Virus record (IMG/VR): IMGVR_UViG_3300000976_000007
Location: 1-41,673 of that record
Direction: 5' to 3' (one strand)
DNA length: 41,673 nt
DNA from: a virus
Below, one piece after another: positions 1-8,309 of the stretch (the first letter of the stretch is position 1; each line of letters opens with the position of its first letter). Made by a program: the position numbers and the translations under genes. The notes below the pieces were generated by a model that saw only the letters and a list, made by a program, of their open reading frames with translations, ran no database searches and was not told the origin of the DNA.

Positions 1-49
1 AATTACAATGGAGATACAGATGTTCATTCAACAACAACCAAACATACTA
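1..49. repeat. 49-bp terminal direct repeat, identical to 41625-41673 (closure overlap of a circular or terminally redundant genome)
   Basis: Compared base by base: both copies read aattacaatggagatacagatgttcattcaacaacaaccaaacatacta. Confidence 0.95.
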
Positions 50-190
50 AAAGAAGCTCTCATCGTTTGCACAATTGAGACGATAAAAGAGTGCCAAAAA
101 GAACTTGAGAATGCCGACTCAGTAAATGAGAAGTTACTCAAGCGCAAGTTAGCTAGAGCAAATGCAAGATTAAATAGATTATATAATTAG
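8..190 (+). CDS. hypothetical protein (60 aa)
   Basis: ORF track. Same strand and packing as neighbours, but no obvious SD. Its first 14 codons are duplicated at 41632-41673 by the terminal repeat. Confidence 0.45.
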   Translation: MEIQMFIQQQPNILKEALIVCTIETIKECQKELENADSVNEKLLKRKLARANARLNRLYN

Positions 191-201
191 GAGGTTTTAA
201 T

Positions 202-426
202 ATGGAATTTACATTAGAAGAAATCAAAACAGCAGTAAAATATGGACTATCTATTATTGGCATGATTCTGATAGCAGTGTCATCAACAGGATGCGGAGTC
301 TCTACAGCAGGAGGGTTTGTAGTAGGAAGCAAGGGCTATCTAAGAGAATATAATACTGGGCGAGTAGCTACTACAATGGATTTTTACAAACGGGCTCATG
401 TTCCAGCTAGAATGGGGGCAAAATAA
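202..426 (+). CDS. putative membrane protein or lipoprotein (74 aa)
   Basis: AGGAGG lies 7-8 nt upstream of the ATG. Hydrophobic stretch LSIIGMILIAVSSTGC ends in a lipobox-like Cys, but the N-terminal region is acidic and so atypical. Confidence 0.5.
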   Translation: MEFTLEEIKTAVKYGLSIIGMILIAVSSTGCGVSTAGGFVVGSKGYLREYNTGRVATTMDFYKRAHVPARMGAK

Positions 427-569
427 TGACATCGGCAGTAGGGCAAGCATTGATAATCGTATGCGTATTCATGTGCGGAATGGCAACAATGGTGTTGGGC
501 GAGAAGTTCGGCGTAATACCTAAATCTTGTATAATAGAAGAGGGTGCATTAGAATTAATGAAGCCTTAG
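426..569 (+). CDS. small hydrophobic protein (47 aa, below ORF-track cutoff)
   Basis: ATG overlaps the preceding TAA (TAATG) with GGGGG 7 nt upstream. My translation: MTSAVGQALIIVCVFMCGMATMVLGEKFGVIPKSCIIEEGALELMKP. Confidence 0.4.
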   Translation: MTSAVGQALIIVCVFMCGMATMVLGEKFGVIPKSCIIEEGALELMKP

Positions 570-641
570 CCAAACTTGTAATAGAGAACTGATATACTGC
601 TTAAATTAAGAAGTCAGCAGTATTGAGTTGGAGCTAGAGTT

Positions 642-672
642 GCCCGTCTAGTGACTACAAACGGGCTTTTAA
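642..672 (+). terminator. rho-independent terminator ending the early/middle + strand block
   Basis: Stem GCCCGT (642-647) / ACGGGC (661-666) followed by TTTTAATT. An 8-bp hairpin ATACTGCT/AGCAGTAT (594-623) precedes it. Confidence 0.6.
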
Positions 673-784
673 TTCTATATAGATAGCATGAATAGTAGTA
701 GTGTTGTATTAGTAATACTTAGACGCCAATAATAGCTAAGTACCAAAAAACCAGTTCTTTATTAGTTCAATTTTTAGACCCCAG

Positions 785-816
785 TTGTCAAGCTATATCT
801 TTTTTTATCTTGACAA
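785..816. promoter_or_regulatory. inverted repeat TTGTCAAG-N16-CTTGACAA just upstream of the terminase genes (candidate operator, late promoter element or packaging-site element)
   Basis: 8-bp perfect arms at 785-792 and 809-816. The right arm contains TTGACA (811-816). Confidence 0.3.
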
Positions 817-845
817 AATTCATCATTTCTATTCCTATTAGAATT

Positions 846-1235
846 ATGAGCGATTCCGTCAAAAAGGGGAAATCCCCAGAAAAGCAGAAGCAAGCAGGAA
901 ATCATAATCCAACCGAAGAAACTAAAGATATGGTTGTGAGAATGTCAGCAATGGGAGCGACTAAAGTATCGATAGCCCGCAGACTGAAAATTGATCCCAA
1001 AACCCTCAATACTAACTATCACGAGGAACTTACTACGAAATTAGATTATGTCATGGCAGTAGCGACAGACAACATCGTCGATAAGGTGATGGATGGAGAT
1101 CTTGAATGTAGTCAATTTGTTCTAACTCACAAAGGTGGTTGGTCTAAAACCCATAGAGTTGAAACAAATGTTGAAGTTCCTTTGATTAAGCGAAAAGTCT
1201 TAAAGCAAGATGGAACAATCGGCGATTCAGAGTAA
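846..1235 (+). CDS. terS: terminase small subunit candidate (HTH-containing, about 129 aa)
   Basis: Lies directly upstream of and overlapping terL. Segment MGATKVSIARRLKIDPKTL looks like a helix-turn-helix. ATG at 846 is preferred over the TTG at 810, which lies inside the palindrome. Confidence 0.5.
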   Translation: MSDSVKKGKSPEKQKQAGNHNPTEETKDMVVRMSAMGATKVSIARRLKIDPKTLNTNYHEELTTKLDYVMAVATDNIVDKVMDGDLECSQFVLTHKGGWSKTHRVETNVEVPLIKRKVLKQDGTIGDSE

Positions 1236-2604
1236 AGAAATTGAGATGGTTCATCATTGGTGGGTCGATAGGCTCGTCAATGACATAGAATCCAGTGAGA
1301 TCTGTGTTACTGCAGGATATGGATCTGGTAAGTCCTTTGGCTCGTGGCAGTGGCTTTTAGACAAAATGCTATCAAACCCTGATTGTAAGACTTTTGCTTA
1401 TGCTGAGCCAACATACCCGCTTATTGAAAGCGTTGCAGTGCCAGCTTTTCAAAAGCTAATGGAATTCCATCGATTAGTCGAAGGTAATGATTATAAAGTT
1501 CGTGGGGGAATTAAACCGAAGATTGAGTTTCTCAGAACAGGACAGACTATAAGACTACTCTCAATGAGCATTCCTAGTGCGATTGTAGGTTTTGAGTGTG
1601 GAACAGCCGTCATAGATGAAGCGGCTTTATGTAAAAAAGAGGCTTATCAAAGGCTAAAAGCGAGAATGAGGGCATCAGGTATTGAGGGTGAGAACCAGAT
1701 CTTATTCGTATCAACTCCAGAGGGATTAAACTGGCTATCGGATATGTTTGATTCCGAAGCTCAGTCTGGATGGAAATTCAAAGATAAGTTTGATTCTCAC
1801 AAGATGGTAAAGATTGAGACTATCAAGGGTGATATCTGGATGAAGAGAAGACGCTTTAGACTTACCACCTATATGAATGAAATATATTTACCACCCAATT
1901 ACATAGCAAAAGAGATTATTGCACCATACGGGCACAATCAGAATTACCTCGATTCATATGTATTTGGTAAGTTTAGACCATTCTCAACTGGCTTGGTCTG
2001 GGCTTCTTACAAAAGAGCTATGAACTGGCATGAAGAAATGTCACCTCAGCCAGATAGACCAGTAGAGCTAACTTGGGATTTTAATATCTGCCCTGCTTGG
2101 GTAGCTATTCAGACCTATCGAGATGATAATCGAAAAGAAACTCATTATGCCATAGACAACTCAAATTACGGAGGAGAGCAACTAGCCGATGCTTGCGTTG
2201 AATTTAGTCAGAAATTCCCAAGAGATGAATTTAAGAATGTTCCGATCCACATCTATGGTGATCCATCTGGGCATTCCAAGTCCCATAAAGTAAGGGGTTC
2301 TGACTTTGAGCAGATAGTAAAACACCTTAGAGAGATAGGCTACAACAAGGTTGTTGTCATAGCTCCAAGACCGCCTGCACCACTTGAAAGAGTATCAGTT
2401 GATATCACAAACAGATTATTTGATGAGGGAATACTAAAAGTGTGCGAGAATTGCGACAAGGTCTTTGAATCAATATCTAAGACAGTATGGAAAAACGAAC
2501 AGAGACAAAAGATAGATAAGCCATCTGGAGAGACTCATTCTCACTATATGGATTCTATTAAGTATTACAACTGGGCTAGACAGCAAAGACCCGTCATGAT
2601 TTAG
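1210..2604 (+). CDS. terL: terminase large subunit
   Basis: Walker A-like GYGSGKS, Walker B-like AVIDEAA, coupling motif VSTPEG, and a C-terminal nuclease-like region with DFN and GDPSGHS. 464 aa. Alternative start ATG 1246. Confidence 0.9.
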   Translation: MEQSAIQSKEIEMVHHWWVDRLVNDIESSEICVTAGYGSGKSFGSWQWLLDKMLSNPDCKTFAYAEPTYPLIESVAVPAFQKLMEFHRLVEGNDYKVRGGIKPKIEFLRTGQTIRLLSMSIPSAIVGFECGTAVIDEAALCKKEAYQRLKARMRASGIEGENQILFVSTPEGLNWLSDMFDSEAQSGWKFKDKFDSHKMVKIETIKGDIWMKRRRFRLTTYMNEIYLPPNYIAKEIIAPYGHNQNYLDSYVFGKFRPFSTGLVWASYKRAMNWHEEMSPQPDRPVELTWDFNICPAWVAIQTYRDDNRKETHYAIDNSNYGGEQLADACVEFSQKFPRDEFKNVPIHIYGDPSGHSKSHKVRGSDFEQIVKHLREIGYNKVVVIAPRPPAPLERVSVDITNRLFDEGILKVCENCDKVFESISKTVWKNEQRQKIDKPSGETHSHYMDSIKYYNWARQQRPVMI

Positions 2605-2608
2605 GATT

Positions 2609-4351
2609 ATGCCAGAGAGAGAAGAAGAACAAAAAAAATCATCAGTAGAGCTTTATTATCACTATGAGTTTCTACAGAAACAAAAAGAGTGGTGTCAGAT
2701 AGAAGACATGTTAGACGGCAGTCATCATCTTATGAGTCATCCTAAATACCTTTGGCTTCATGCCTCGGAGAATAAAGAGAGATGCGACGAAAGAGATCAG
2801 CTACAAGCAAAACATAGAAGAGCAAGCAGGAAACAAAGAACTCAGTATGTTAACTACCTAAAGATGATTAGAAATAGATTAGTTTCTTTGATTACAAAGG
2901 GCGGTTTTAATATTCCAGAGAGCATTGAGAAGATCTTTGAGGGTGTCAGAGATGATGTTGATGGAAATCAGCGTGGCTTAGAATGTTTCTTTAGAATGCT
3001 AATTGAAGACAATATCTCTTTTGGTGTTGCATATTGTGAGACTAACACAAGGACGCTTGATATTAGATCAAGACAAGACGAGCTATTACAAAATTCAAGA
3101 CCATATTTTCAGCGAATTAGCCCTAAAGATCTTAAAGATTGGCAGTTATCGCCCGATGGTAAGTTCTCTAGCTTTAGAAAAGAATATAAACTTGTTATTC
3201 CTAGAGCATCACTAAAAGCAGAACCTCAGCTATATCATTTCTCAGATGTATTTTCAGTAGAGGATATTATACTTGGAGAAATCCCAGAGCCAGGGGAAGC
3301 AAGAGATGCTCTTACAACAAAAAGAGTAGTTACAGTTGAGACCTTTATTTCTGTTGATGAAGATGGAAATAGAATTAATCACCACCCATTTGTTACTCAA
3401 AATAAGAATCGAGATAGGACAAGAGATCAAATAAGAAATCATCATCATTGGGTATTGTTTGATAGTCATACATTGGAGCAAATTGAAGAGCTTCCATTAT
3501 CAACTACTAGACTACAAGAATCTTGGTTGGCTGATTCCCTAGCTCCAGCTCTAAAGATCTATAATAAACAGTCAGATCTTGATAATATTCTTCACTCACA
3601 GTGTTATGATCGAATCTTTATTGCGACAAACTTAAGTAATGCAATTACAGCAGATGGAAATCCAGTTAGTGATGAAGCTAAGAAGAGAAGACTTTCACAT
3701 GACACGGCTGTTGTCTTACCCATAGAATCAACAGTTCATAAGCTAGACCCAACAAACCCAGAAGCTTTAATTAAGTCTATTGAGCATGATTTTGTTGATT
3801 TACTAAGAGTGGCTTTTAATCAGCCTAGACAGATTAATAATGATAGCCGACAAGTTGAGGGTCAAGATACTCGCAAAGAACAAAAAGAAGACCTTTATAC
3901 TAGAATAGGAGAAAAGCGAGTTGAGTTGTTAGACATGCTAAACAATGCTGTATTACAGTTTGCTAGGTTCAAAGATACAGGTGTAACAGAGCTTGAAGAT
4001 AAGATTTCATTTTTAGAAGATGTAAGTGAGGACGATTTAAAAGAGTTCTTAACTAATATTCGTATGGTGGATGACAGAATTAGTAGATATCCAAAGCTGG
4101 ACAAAGCCATAGATATGAAGCTTGCTCAAAAGCTTGACCTAGGAGATGAAGAGGAGATTAAAGAGGAGATCGAGAATACAGACATTGAGCAACGTAAGCA
4201 GGAGCTAATGGATGAACAAACCTCTTTACTGGAATCTAGTAACAAACGAGGAGTGCCAACCAGACCACCCGCAAAGAGCAATAATGCTAAACGGAATGGT
4301 AGTGACACTAAAAGAATACCAAGAGAAAACAAGAAAAGGAGAAAATCGTAA
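2609..4351 (+). CDS. portal protein (580 aa) with highly charged C-terminal tail
   Basis: Immediately follows terL, has typical portal size, and precedes the Mu-F-like head gene. Assignment rests on position only. Confidence 0.65.
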   Translation: MPEREEEQKKSSVELYYHYEFLQKQKEWCQIEDMLDGSHHLMSHPKYLWLHASENKERCDERDQLQAKHRRASRKQRTQYVNYLKMIRNRLVSLITKGGFNIPESIEKIFEGVRDDVDGNQRGLECFFRMLIEDNISFGVAYCETNTRTLDIRSRQDELLQNSRPYFQRISPKDLKDWQLSPDGKFSSFRKEYKLVIPRASLKAEPQLYHFSDVFSVEDIILGEIPEPGEARDALTTKRVVTVETFISVDEDGNRINHHPFVTQNKNRDRTRDQIRNHHHWVLFDSHTLEQIEELPLSTTRLQESWLADSLAPALKIYNKQSDLDNILHSQCYDRIFIATNLSNAITADGNPVSDEAKKRRLSHDTAVVLPIESTVHKLDPTNPEALIKSIEHDFVDLLRVAFNQPRQINNDSRQVEGQDTRKEQKEDLYTRIGEKRVELLDMLNNAVLQFARFKDTGVTELEDKISFLEDVSEDDLKEFLTNIRMVDDRISRYPKLDKAIDMKLAQKLDLGDEEEIKEEIENTDIEQRKQELMDEQTSLLESSNKRGVPTRPPAKSNNAKRNGSDTKRIPRENKKRRKS

Positions 4352-4530
4352 TGCCAAAAAGAAGCACAAAAGAACTACAAAAAAAGATAGAAGAATTTAA
4401 TAAATTCGTTTCTGAGTTTGTTAAAGATACAAAGATTCATGTTCATATAAAAAGCAATAGAGTTGAGATAGAAAAGAATCTTCACTACCCACACATTAAG
4501 GCTATTGTTACTAGCAGTGAAGAGTTATAG
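4351..4530 (+). CDS. hypothetical protein (59 aa, below ORF-track cutoff)
   Basis: TAATG overlap with the portal stop and AAGGAG 9 nt upstream. Translation MPKRSTKELQKKIEEFNKFVSEFVKDTKIHVHIKSNRVEIEKNLHYPHIKAIVTSSEEL. Confidence 0.5.
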   Translation: MPKRSTKELQKKIEEFNKFVSEFVKDTKIHVHIKSNRVEIEKNLHYPHIKAIVTSSEEL

Positions 4531-4535
4531 CTCAA

Positions 4536-5114
4536 ATGCGTTTGATCTTAATATTTCTTGTTATCTTAACGACAAGCCCAGCAGTAGCTCAGTTTACTGA
4601 TGAGTTTCGAGGTAGGTTAACAAGAATTACATATGCAAATGAGGCTGGTGAGTGTGTTAATGAAGAATACACTACTAAGCTTGGTTTGTTTGATCGGTCT
4701 CAAGATGCAATCCCTCTTAGCGGTTCTCTAAATCGTCCAGGAGCAAGCATAGATGACATTACTGATGTTGGTCTTGCTATGGAGCATTATTGGATGAGCT
4801 TTGAGCTAAATATGAAAGCCCAGAGAGAGTATAGATCTTGTGTTGCTAAAATAGAGATGATTCAAGAGATCATGGGAGAGTGTCAGTTAACGCATGAGTG
4901 TAATCCAAACAGAGATAGCATATTGCTACTTTCTGAATACTGGATTCCATTTAATGCTATTGATAACTTTTTTGAATTCCCTCCTGGGTTATCTTCATAT
5001 ATCGGTCACTTCAAAGCAGGTGTGTTTACGCTTAATCGTATGATTGCCCACAGGGATGCTTGCAGAGGAACACTTGCATTCTATAAAGCTAGAATATTAG
5101 GCTTAAATAGATGA
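4536..5114 (+). CDS. secreted Cys-containing protein (192 aa) with Sec-type signal peptide
   Basis: N-terminus MRLILIFLVILTTSPAVA then QFTDE. The predicted mature part contains 6 Cys. Confidence 0.6.
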   Translation: MRLILIFLVILTTSPAVAQFTDEFRGRLTRITYANEAGECVNEEYTTKLGLFDRSQDAIPLSGSLNRPGASIDDITDVGLAMEHYWMSFELNMKAQREYRSCVAKIEMIQEIMGECQLTHECNPNRDSILLLSEYWIPFNAIDNFFEFPPGLSSYIGHFKAGVFTLNRMIAHRDACRGTLAFYKARILGLNR

Positions 5115-5350
5115 AAGTAGTGACCTTAGAGAAGAAGGATTGTGACAAGCTTGATGTTGGGTTGAAGAATATAGTTAAAGAACTAGACAATCAAGATGAG
5201 GTAGTGGTTGTAATCAGAGATCGAGGAGATGGTCTTATTTTACATTCACTTGGTAGAAACGGAAACAATGGTATTTATATCTTAGGGCTTCTAGAAAGAG
5301 CTAAATTTGTTATAAATAGTGATAAGATTGGGGTAAACACAGAAGAATGA
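5111..5350 (+). CDS. hypothetical protein (79 aa)
   Basis: ATGA overlap with the upstream stop; in the ORF track. Confidence 0.55.
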   Translation: MKVVTLEKKDCDKLDVGLKNIVKELDNQDEVVVVIRDRGDGLILHSLGRNGNNGIYILGLLERAKFVINSDKIGVNTEE

Positions 5351-5351
5351 T

Positions 5352-6071
5352 ATGCCTGAGATACCTGAAGAATTATTAGATGAAATAGAGGATGCACATG
5401 AATCAATCGACGCCTATATACTTGCGGTTCGCACAGAGGTTGAAAGCTATATACGCTCACTTATCAGTGATTTCCAGGAGGCAGAGTCTGAAGATGAGGG
5501 CTTCGCTATACTTGCTCGCTTCTCGTTTAATGCTCTCCCGACTGAGCTTAGAAGACGTGTTAGCTCGCTTAGACGCATATACCGTAGACAACAGAGAGTT
5601 CTCGCAAGAAGAGTTGAGTTCACTGCGGAGGATGCAAGAATCAATCAGCAATATGTTAGCGGGGAAATTAATTCGATTCGGTTCGAGATCGAAGCGGGAC
5701 TAAGCAAAGCATCAAGCACACTTGCTTTGTCTTTAGTTAATGCAGAGAGAGTTCTTGTAAACGCAGATGAGCTTATTGATGACAACGTTAAGGGTCGATT
5801 AAATAACATAGCGACAGCAGTTGTCACGGGATTGGCAGCTTATAGAAGTAGCGTTTCTCTTGCCAAGGCTGGTAGAAATGCTAGGTTCTTATATGTAGGA
5901 ATTAGAGATTCTAAAAACAGACCTTTCTGTGCTGACATTCTTAGCAGAGACAAGGTTTGGACAAGAGCAGAGATTAACAGACTCGATAACCACCCTGATG
6001 CTGGTAGATTGCCCGTAAGGCTTTATGCAGGGGGATGGAACTGTCGGCATGAATGGGTCAAGCAACGATGA
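5352..6071 (+). CDS. head morphogenesis protein, Mu F / SPP1 gp7-like
   Basis: C-terminal motif LYAGGWNCRHEWV resembles the conserved (H/W)xNCR(C/H) end of the Phage_Mu_F family. Sits downstream of the portal. Confidence 0.65.
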   Translation: MPEIPEELLDEIEDAHESIDAYILAVRTEVESYIRSLISDFQEAESEDEGFAILARFSFNALPTELRRRVSSLRRIYRRQQRVLARRVEFTAEDARINQQYVSGEINSIRFEIEAGLSKASSTLALSLVNAERVLVNADELIDDNVKGRLNNIATAVVTGLAAYRSSVSLAKAGRNARFLYVGIRDSKNRPFCADILSRDKVWTRAEINRLDNHPDAGRLPVRLYAGGWNCRHEWVKQR

Positions 6072-6211
6072 GTGTCAAAAAGATAAAACTAACGAAAGAT
6101 GAAGACATTGTAGAATGCTTCGCAGAAGACGAAGAGGGTGTTGTCGAATATTATCTTTGTTTTAAGTGTAACTCCGCGTTTGCCAATAAGGAGAATCACC
6201 AATGCCAATAG
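6068..6211 (+). CDS. small Cys-containing protein (47 aa, below ORF-track cutoff)
   Basis: ATGA overlap with the upstream stop. Translation MSVKKIKLTKDEDIVECFAEDEEGVVEYYLCFKCNSAFANKENHQCQ. The SD is weak. Confidence 0.35.
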   Translation: MSVKKIKLTKDEDIVECFAEDEEGVVEYYLCFKCNSAFANKENHQCQ

Positions 6212-6414
6212 TAAATACAACAGCTATGATGAAAGATATAAGCTCTCAAATTGAAGACTTAACAAAGACATTAAATGCAGTTAGGACTTTACAGAATACA
6301 GCTAAGAAGTATGGGTTTACGGTTGTTGCAAATGAGCATCTAAAATTAATAAACGATCAGATAGAGTTACAATTAGCTGGAGCAGTTTTAACAATTAGTA
6401 TACCATTAAAATGA
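6202..6414 (+). CDS. hypothetical protein (70 aa)
   Basis: AAGGAG 8 nt upstream of the ATG; in the ORF track. Confidence 0.55.
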   Translation: MPIVNTTAMMKDISSQIEDLTKTLNAVRTLQNTAKKYGFTVVANEHLKLINDQIELQLAGAVLTISIPLK

Positions 6415-6638
6415 TTTATTAATATATGAGCTACTTACTCGACAAGGTTTTTTGCTCTTTTTTAAGGTGATGTTTGATAGTATTGCACTAGAGTTGTTTT
6501 TTCAGTTTAGCGGGAACTCTACTGAATTAACGATTGCAACCGTTCGCTTACATCAATCGGCATGGATGCCACGCCTTAATTTTTTTTAAGATAGGATTTA
6601 GTCGAGCACTTAGCTCTTCTTTATAAAGGGGAAACCTA

Positions 6639-6962
6639 ATGACAAATGAAATAAACAACATAGAGACAGAAGATAAGTTTGCACCGATGGATTTACTAGA
6701 AGAGAGCGTAAAGAGTCAGATTGTAGCAACAAAGATCTTTAGAAAAGACTTAGATGAAATATTACAAAGCATGAAACATTGCCAGAGTTCGAGAGAGATA
6801 TCTCTAGCTATCACTAAACTACAAGAGTCGATTATGTGGTGCGGTATGAACTTAAAGAGACTTGGTGAGCTTAGTTCAGAACCTCAAGAATCTGCTTACC
6901 CAAATAGCTACAATCCAGAGAATACGATTGTTGACCCGACAGCAGATGGACTAAAACTCTAA
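6639..6962 (+). CDS. small acidic helical protein (107 aa), paralogue of the next ORF
   Basis: Preceded by GGGGAAACCTAA. Motif SLAITKLQESIMWCGMNLKRLG is shared with 6975-7223. Confidence 0.6.
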   Translation: MTNEINNIETEDKFAPMDLLEESVKSQIVATKIFRKDLDEILQSMKHCQSSREISLAITKLQESIMWCGMNLKRLGELSSEPQESAYPNSYNPENTIVDPTADGLKL

Positions 6963-6974
6963 GGAGGCTAAATA

Positions 6975-7223
6975 GTGACACTAAAACTAGGCATATTTGA
7001 TGATGTCTTTAAACAAGAGCAGCTTAAAGTGCAACTTGTTAAAGTTGAGAGTATTAGAGCAGGACTAATTGACTGCTGGAAAGAAATGGAGTCTCTTAAC
7101 GGTCATACTACTAGACATAAGGCGAATGCGTCTGTCCGAACTGAAGAAGCAATCATGTGGCTAGGGCAAGAATTAGCAAGGCTTCAGGTTAACTTACAAG
7201 TAATAGAAAAGGAGAATAAATAA
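6975..7223 (+). CDS. small helical protein (82 aa), paralogue of the previous ORF
   Basis: GTG start with AAGGAGG 7 nt upstream. Motif SVRTEEAIMWLGQELARLQ. Confidence 0.6.
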   Translation: MTLKLGIFDDVFKQEQLKVQLVKVESIRAGLIDCWKEMESLNGHTTRHKANASVRTEEAIMWLGQELARLQVNLQVIEKENK

Positions 7224-7531
7224 TGGAAACAAGACAATCAGACTTAAGTCCACTTTGTGCGACTATCAATGAGACATCTAAGCAGATAGTTTCTATATCG
7301 AATACTATCATCACAAACGAGATTAAGCCGAAAGACCAAAGACTGTCTGAGGAGGCGATAGAGATGGCAATAGCATTAGCTGAAAGCATAACTGTAGTCA
7401 GAGAAAGAGCTTTAGTAGCTCTAGAGTATGTAGCTAACTCTATCTGCGAAAAGAATGGTAAGCCAGTTCAGGTAACTCTTGAGCCAGGTAAAACTACTCA
7501 GGAGATAATCGATGAGGTGGAGAGTGAGTAG
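7223..7531 (+). CDS. hypothetical acidic protein (102 aa)
   Basis: TAATG overlap with the upstream stop and AAGGAG upstream; in the ORF track. Confidence 0.6.
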   Translation: METRQSDLSPLCATINETSKQIVSISNTIITNEIKPKDQRLSEEAIEMAIALAESITVVRERALVALEYVANSICEKNGKPVQVTLEPGKTTQEIIDEVESE

Positions 7532-7778
7532 CCTAACAAACGAGGACTTACAGAATAATGTGAAAGCCAAGACTGAGAATTTTAGCAAGAGGTTGAATCT
7601 AGTAAAACGAACTCGTCGTAACTTAGCATATATGGGCTCAGCTTTAGAGCATGACAATGATGGAGTGCCTTTCTGTCAGAACCACGAAGAACGCTTAGTT
7701 GAGTTACTTATTCAAGCTTTTATCGAGTGCGATAGCATAGTTAAAGAAATGGAGAGCATACTAGAAAATGCCGATTAG
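7512..7778 (+). CDS. hypothetical protein (88 aa)
   Basis: AGGAG 7 nt upstream of the ATG; overlaps both neighbours by a few codons. Confidence 0.5.
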   Translation: MRWRVSSLTNEDLQNNVKAKTENFSKRLNLVKRTRRNLAYMGSALEHDNDGVPFCQNHEERLVELLIQAFIECDSIVKEMESILENAD

Positions 7779-8196
7779 CTTCACAACAAAATCAAATGGA
7801 GGGCTTGAGCGTTTAATCTCTGACTTAGAGACTAGATCGACTCAAGCCCTTAATCCTATTGGTGAAGAAACTAAGCGAGAGATTATTAGTCGAACTCGTG
7901 CTGGTCGAAACGTAGATGGTGCTGGATTTGAATCATACTCAGAGAGGTATGCTAGAAGAAAAGGCACATCAGCCAATCAAGTTAATCTTCAGCTCACAGG
8001 TGACATGCTCAACTCGATAATCTCAAGGGTTCAGCAGAATGAGCTAATAATCTCCATTCAGGGCAGTTTTGCCCGTAGCAAAGCCTCTTGGCATCAGTTT
8101 GGTGCTGGGAATAACAAGGTTCGTAGGTTTTTTGGACTAAGCGATACACAAAAAAGAAAGATCTTTCAGGATTTCACTAGATTTCTAAAAAGATAA
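7768..8196 (+). CDS. virion morphogenesis protein, Mu G / P2 S-like
   Basis: Pattern DGAGFESYSERYARRKG...LQLTGDMLNSI...WHQFGAGNNKVRRFFGLSDTQKRKI matches the family hallmark HQFGG...R.FLGLS..D as I remember it. Confidence 0.65.
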   Translation: MPISFTTKSNGGLERLISDLETRSTQALNPIGEETKREIISRTRAGRNVDGAGFESYSERYARRKGTSANQVNLQLTGDMLNSIISRVQQNELIISIQGSFARSKASWHQFGAGNNKVRRFFGLSDTQKRKIFQDFTRFLKR

Positions 8197-8274
8197 GAAG
8201 GAAACGCCTCGCATGGAACTGGTTAGTTTTATGTAAAGCAAGGGTCTTAAGTCTTATTTTTTAAGGGCAAGACG

Positions 8275-8303
8275 TCTCCGTTAATAATGTTAACAGACGG
8301 AGA
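8275..8303 (+). promoter_or_regulatory. hairpin able to sequester the scaffold-gene SD
   Basis: TCTCCGT (8275-8281) pairs with ACGGAGA (8297-8303). The right arm contains the GGAG used as SD for the ATG at 8310. Confidence 0.3.
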
Positions 8304-8309
8304 AATAGC

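Noticed and set aside
810-845. TTG-initiated N-terminal extension of the small terminase ORF.
   Set aside because: The TTG is part of the CTTGACAA palindrome arm. The ATG at 846 gives a more plausible N-terminus, although neither start has a clear SD.
6598-6626. Promoter-like TTAGTC, 17-nt spacer, TTATAA upstream of ORF 6639.
   Set aside because: The transcription start would fall about 6 nt before the ATG, removing the G-rich SD. The -35 and -10 matches are mediocre. It is kept only as part of the 12-mer observation.
6415-6638. A tRNA or other RNA gene in the 224-bp gap, which contains GTTCG and a T8 run.
   Set aside because: I could not fold a cloverleaf: there are no complementary acceptor or T-arm stems around the GTTCG. 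Only weak 4-6-bp hairpins are present.
5352-8196. A transposable Mu-like phage, suggested by the F-like and G-like head genes.
   Set aside because: I recognised no DDE transposase, MuB-like ATPase or Mu-type ends. The genome closes on itself without host flanks and carries Rep/Bet functions instead.
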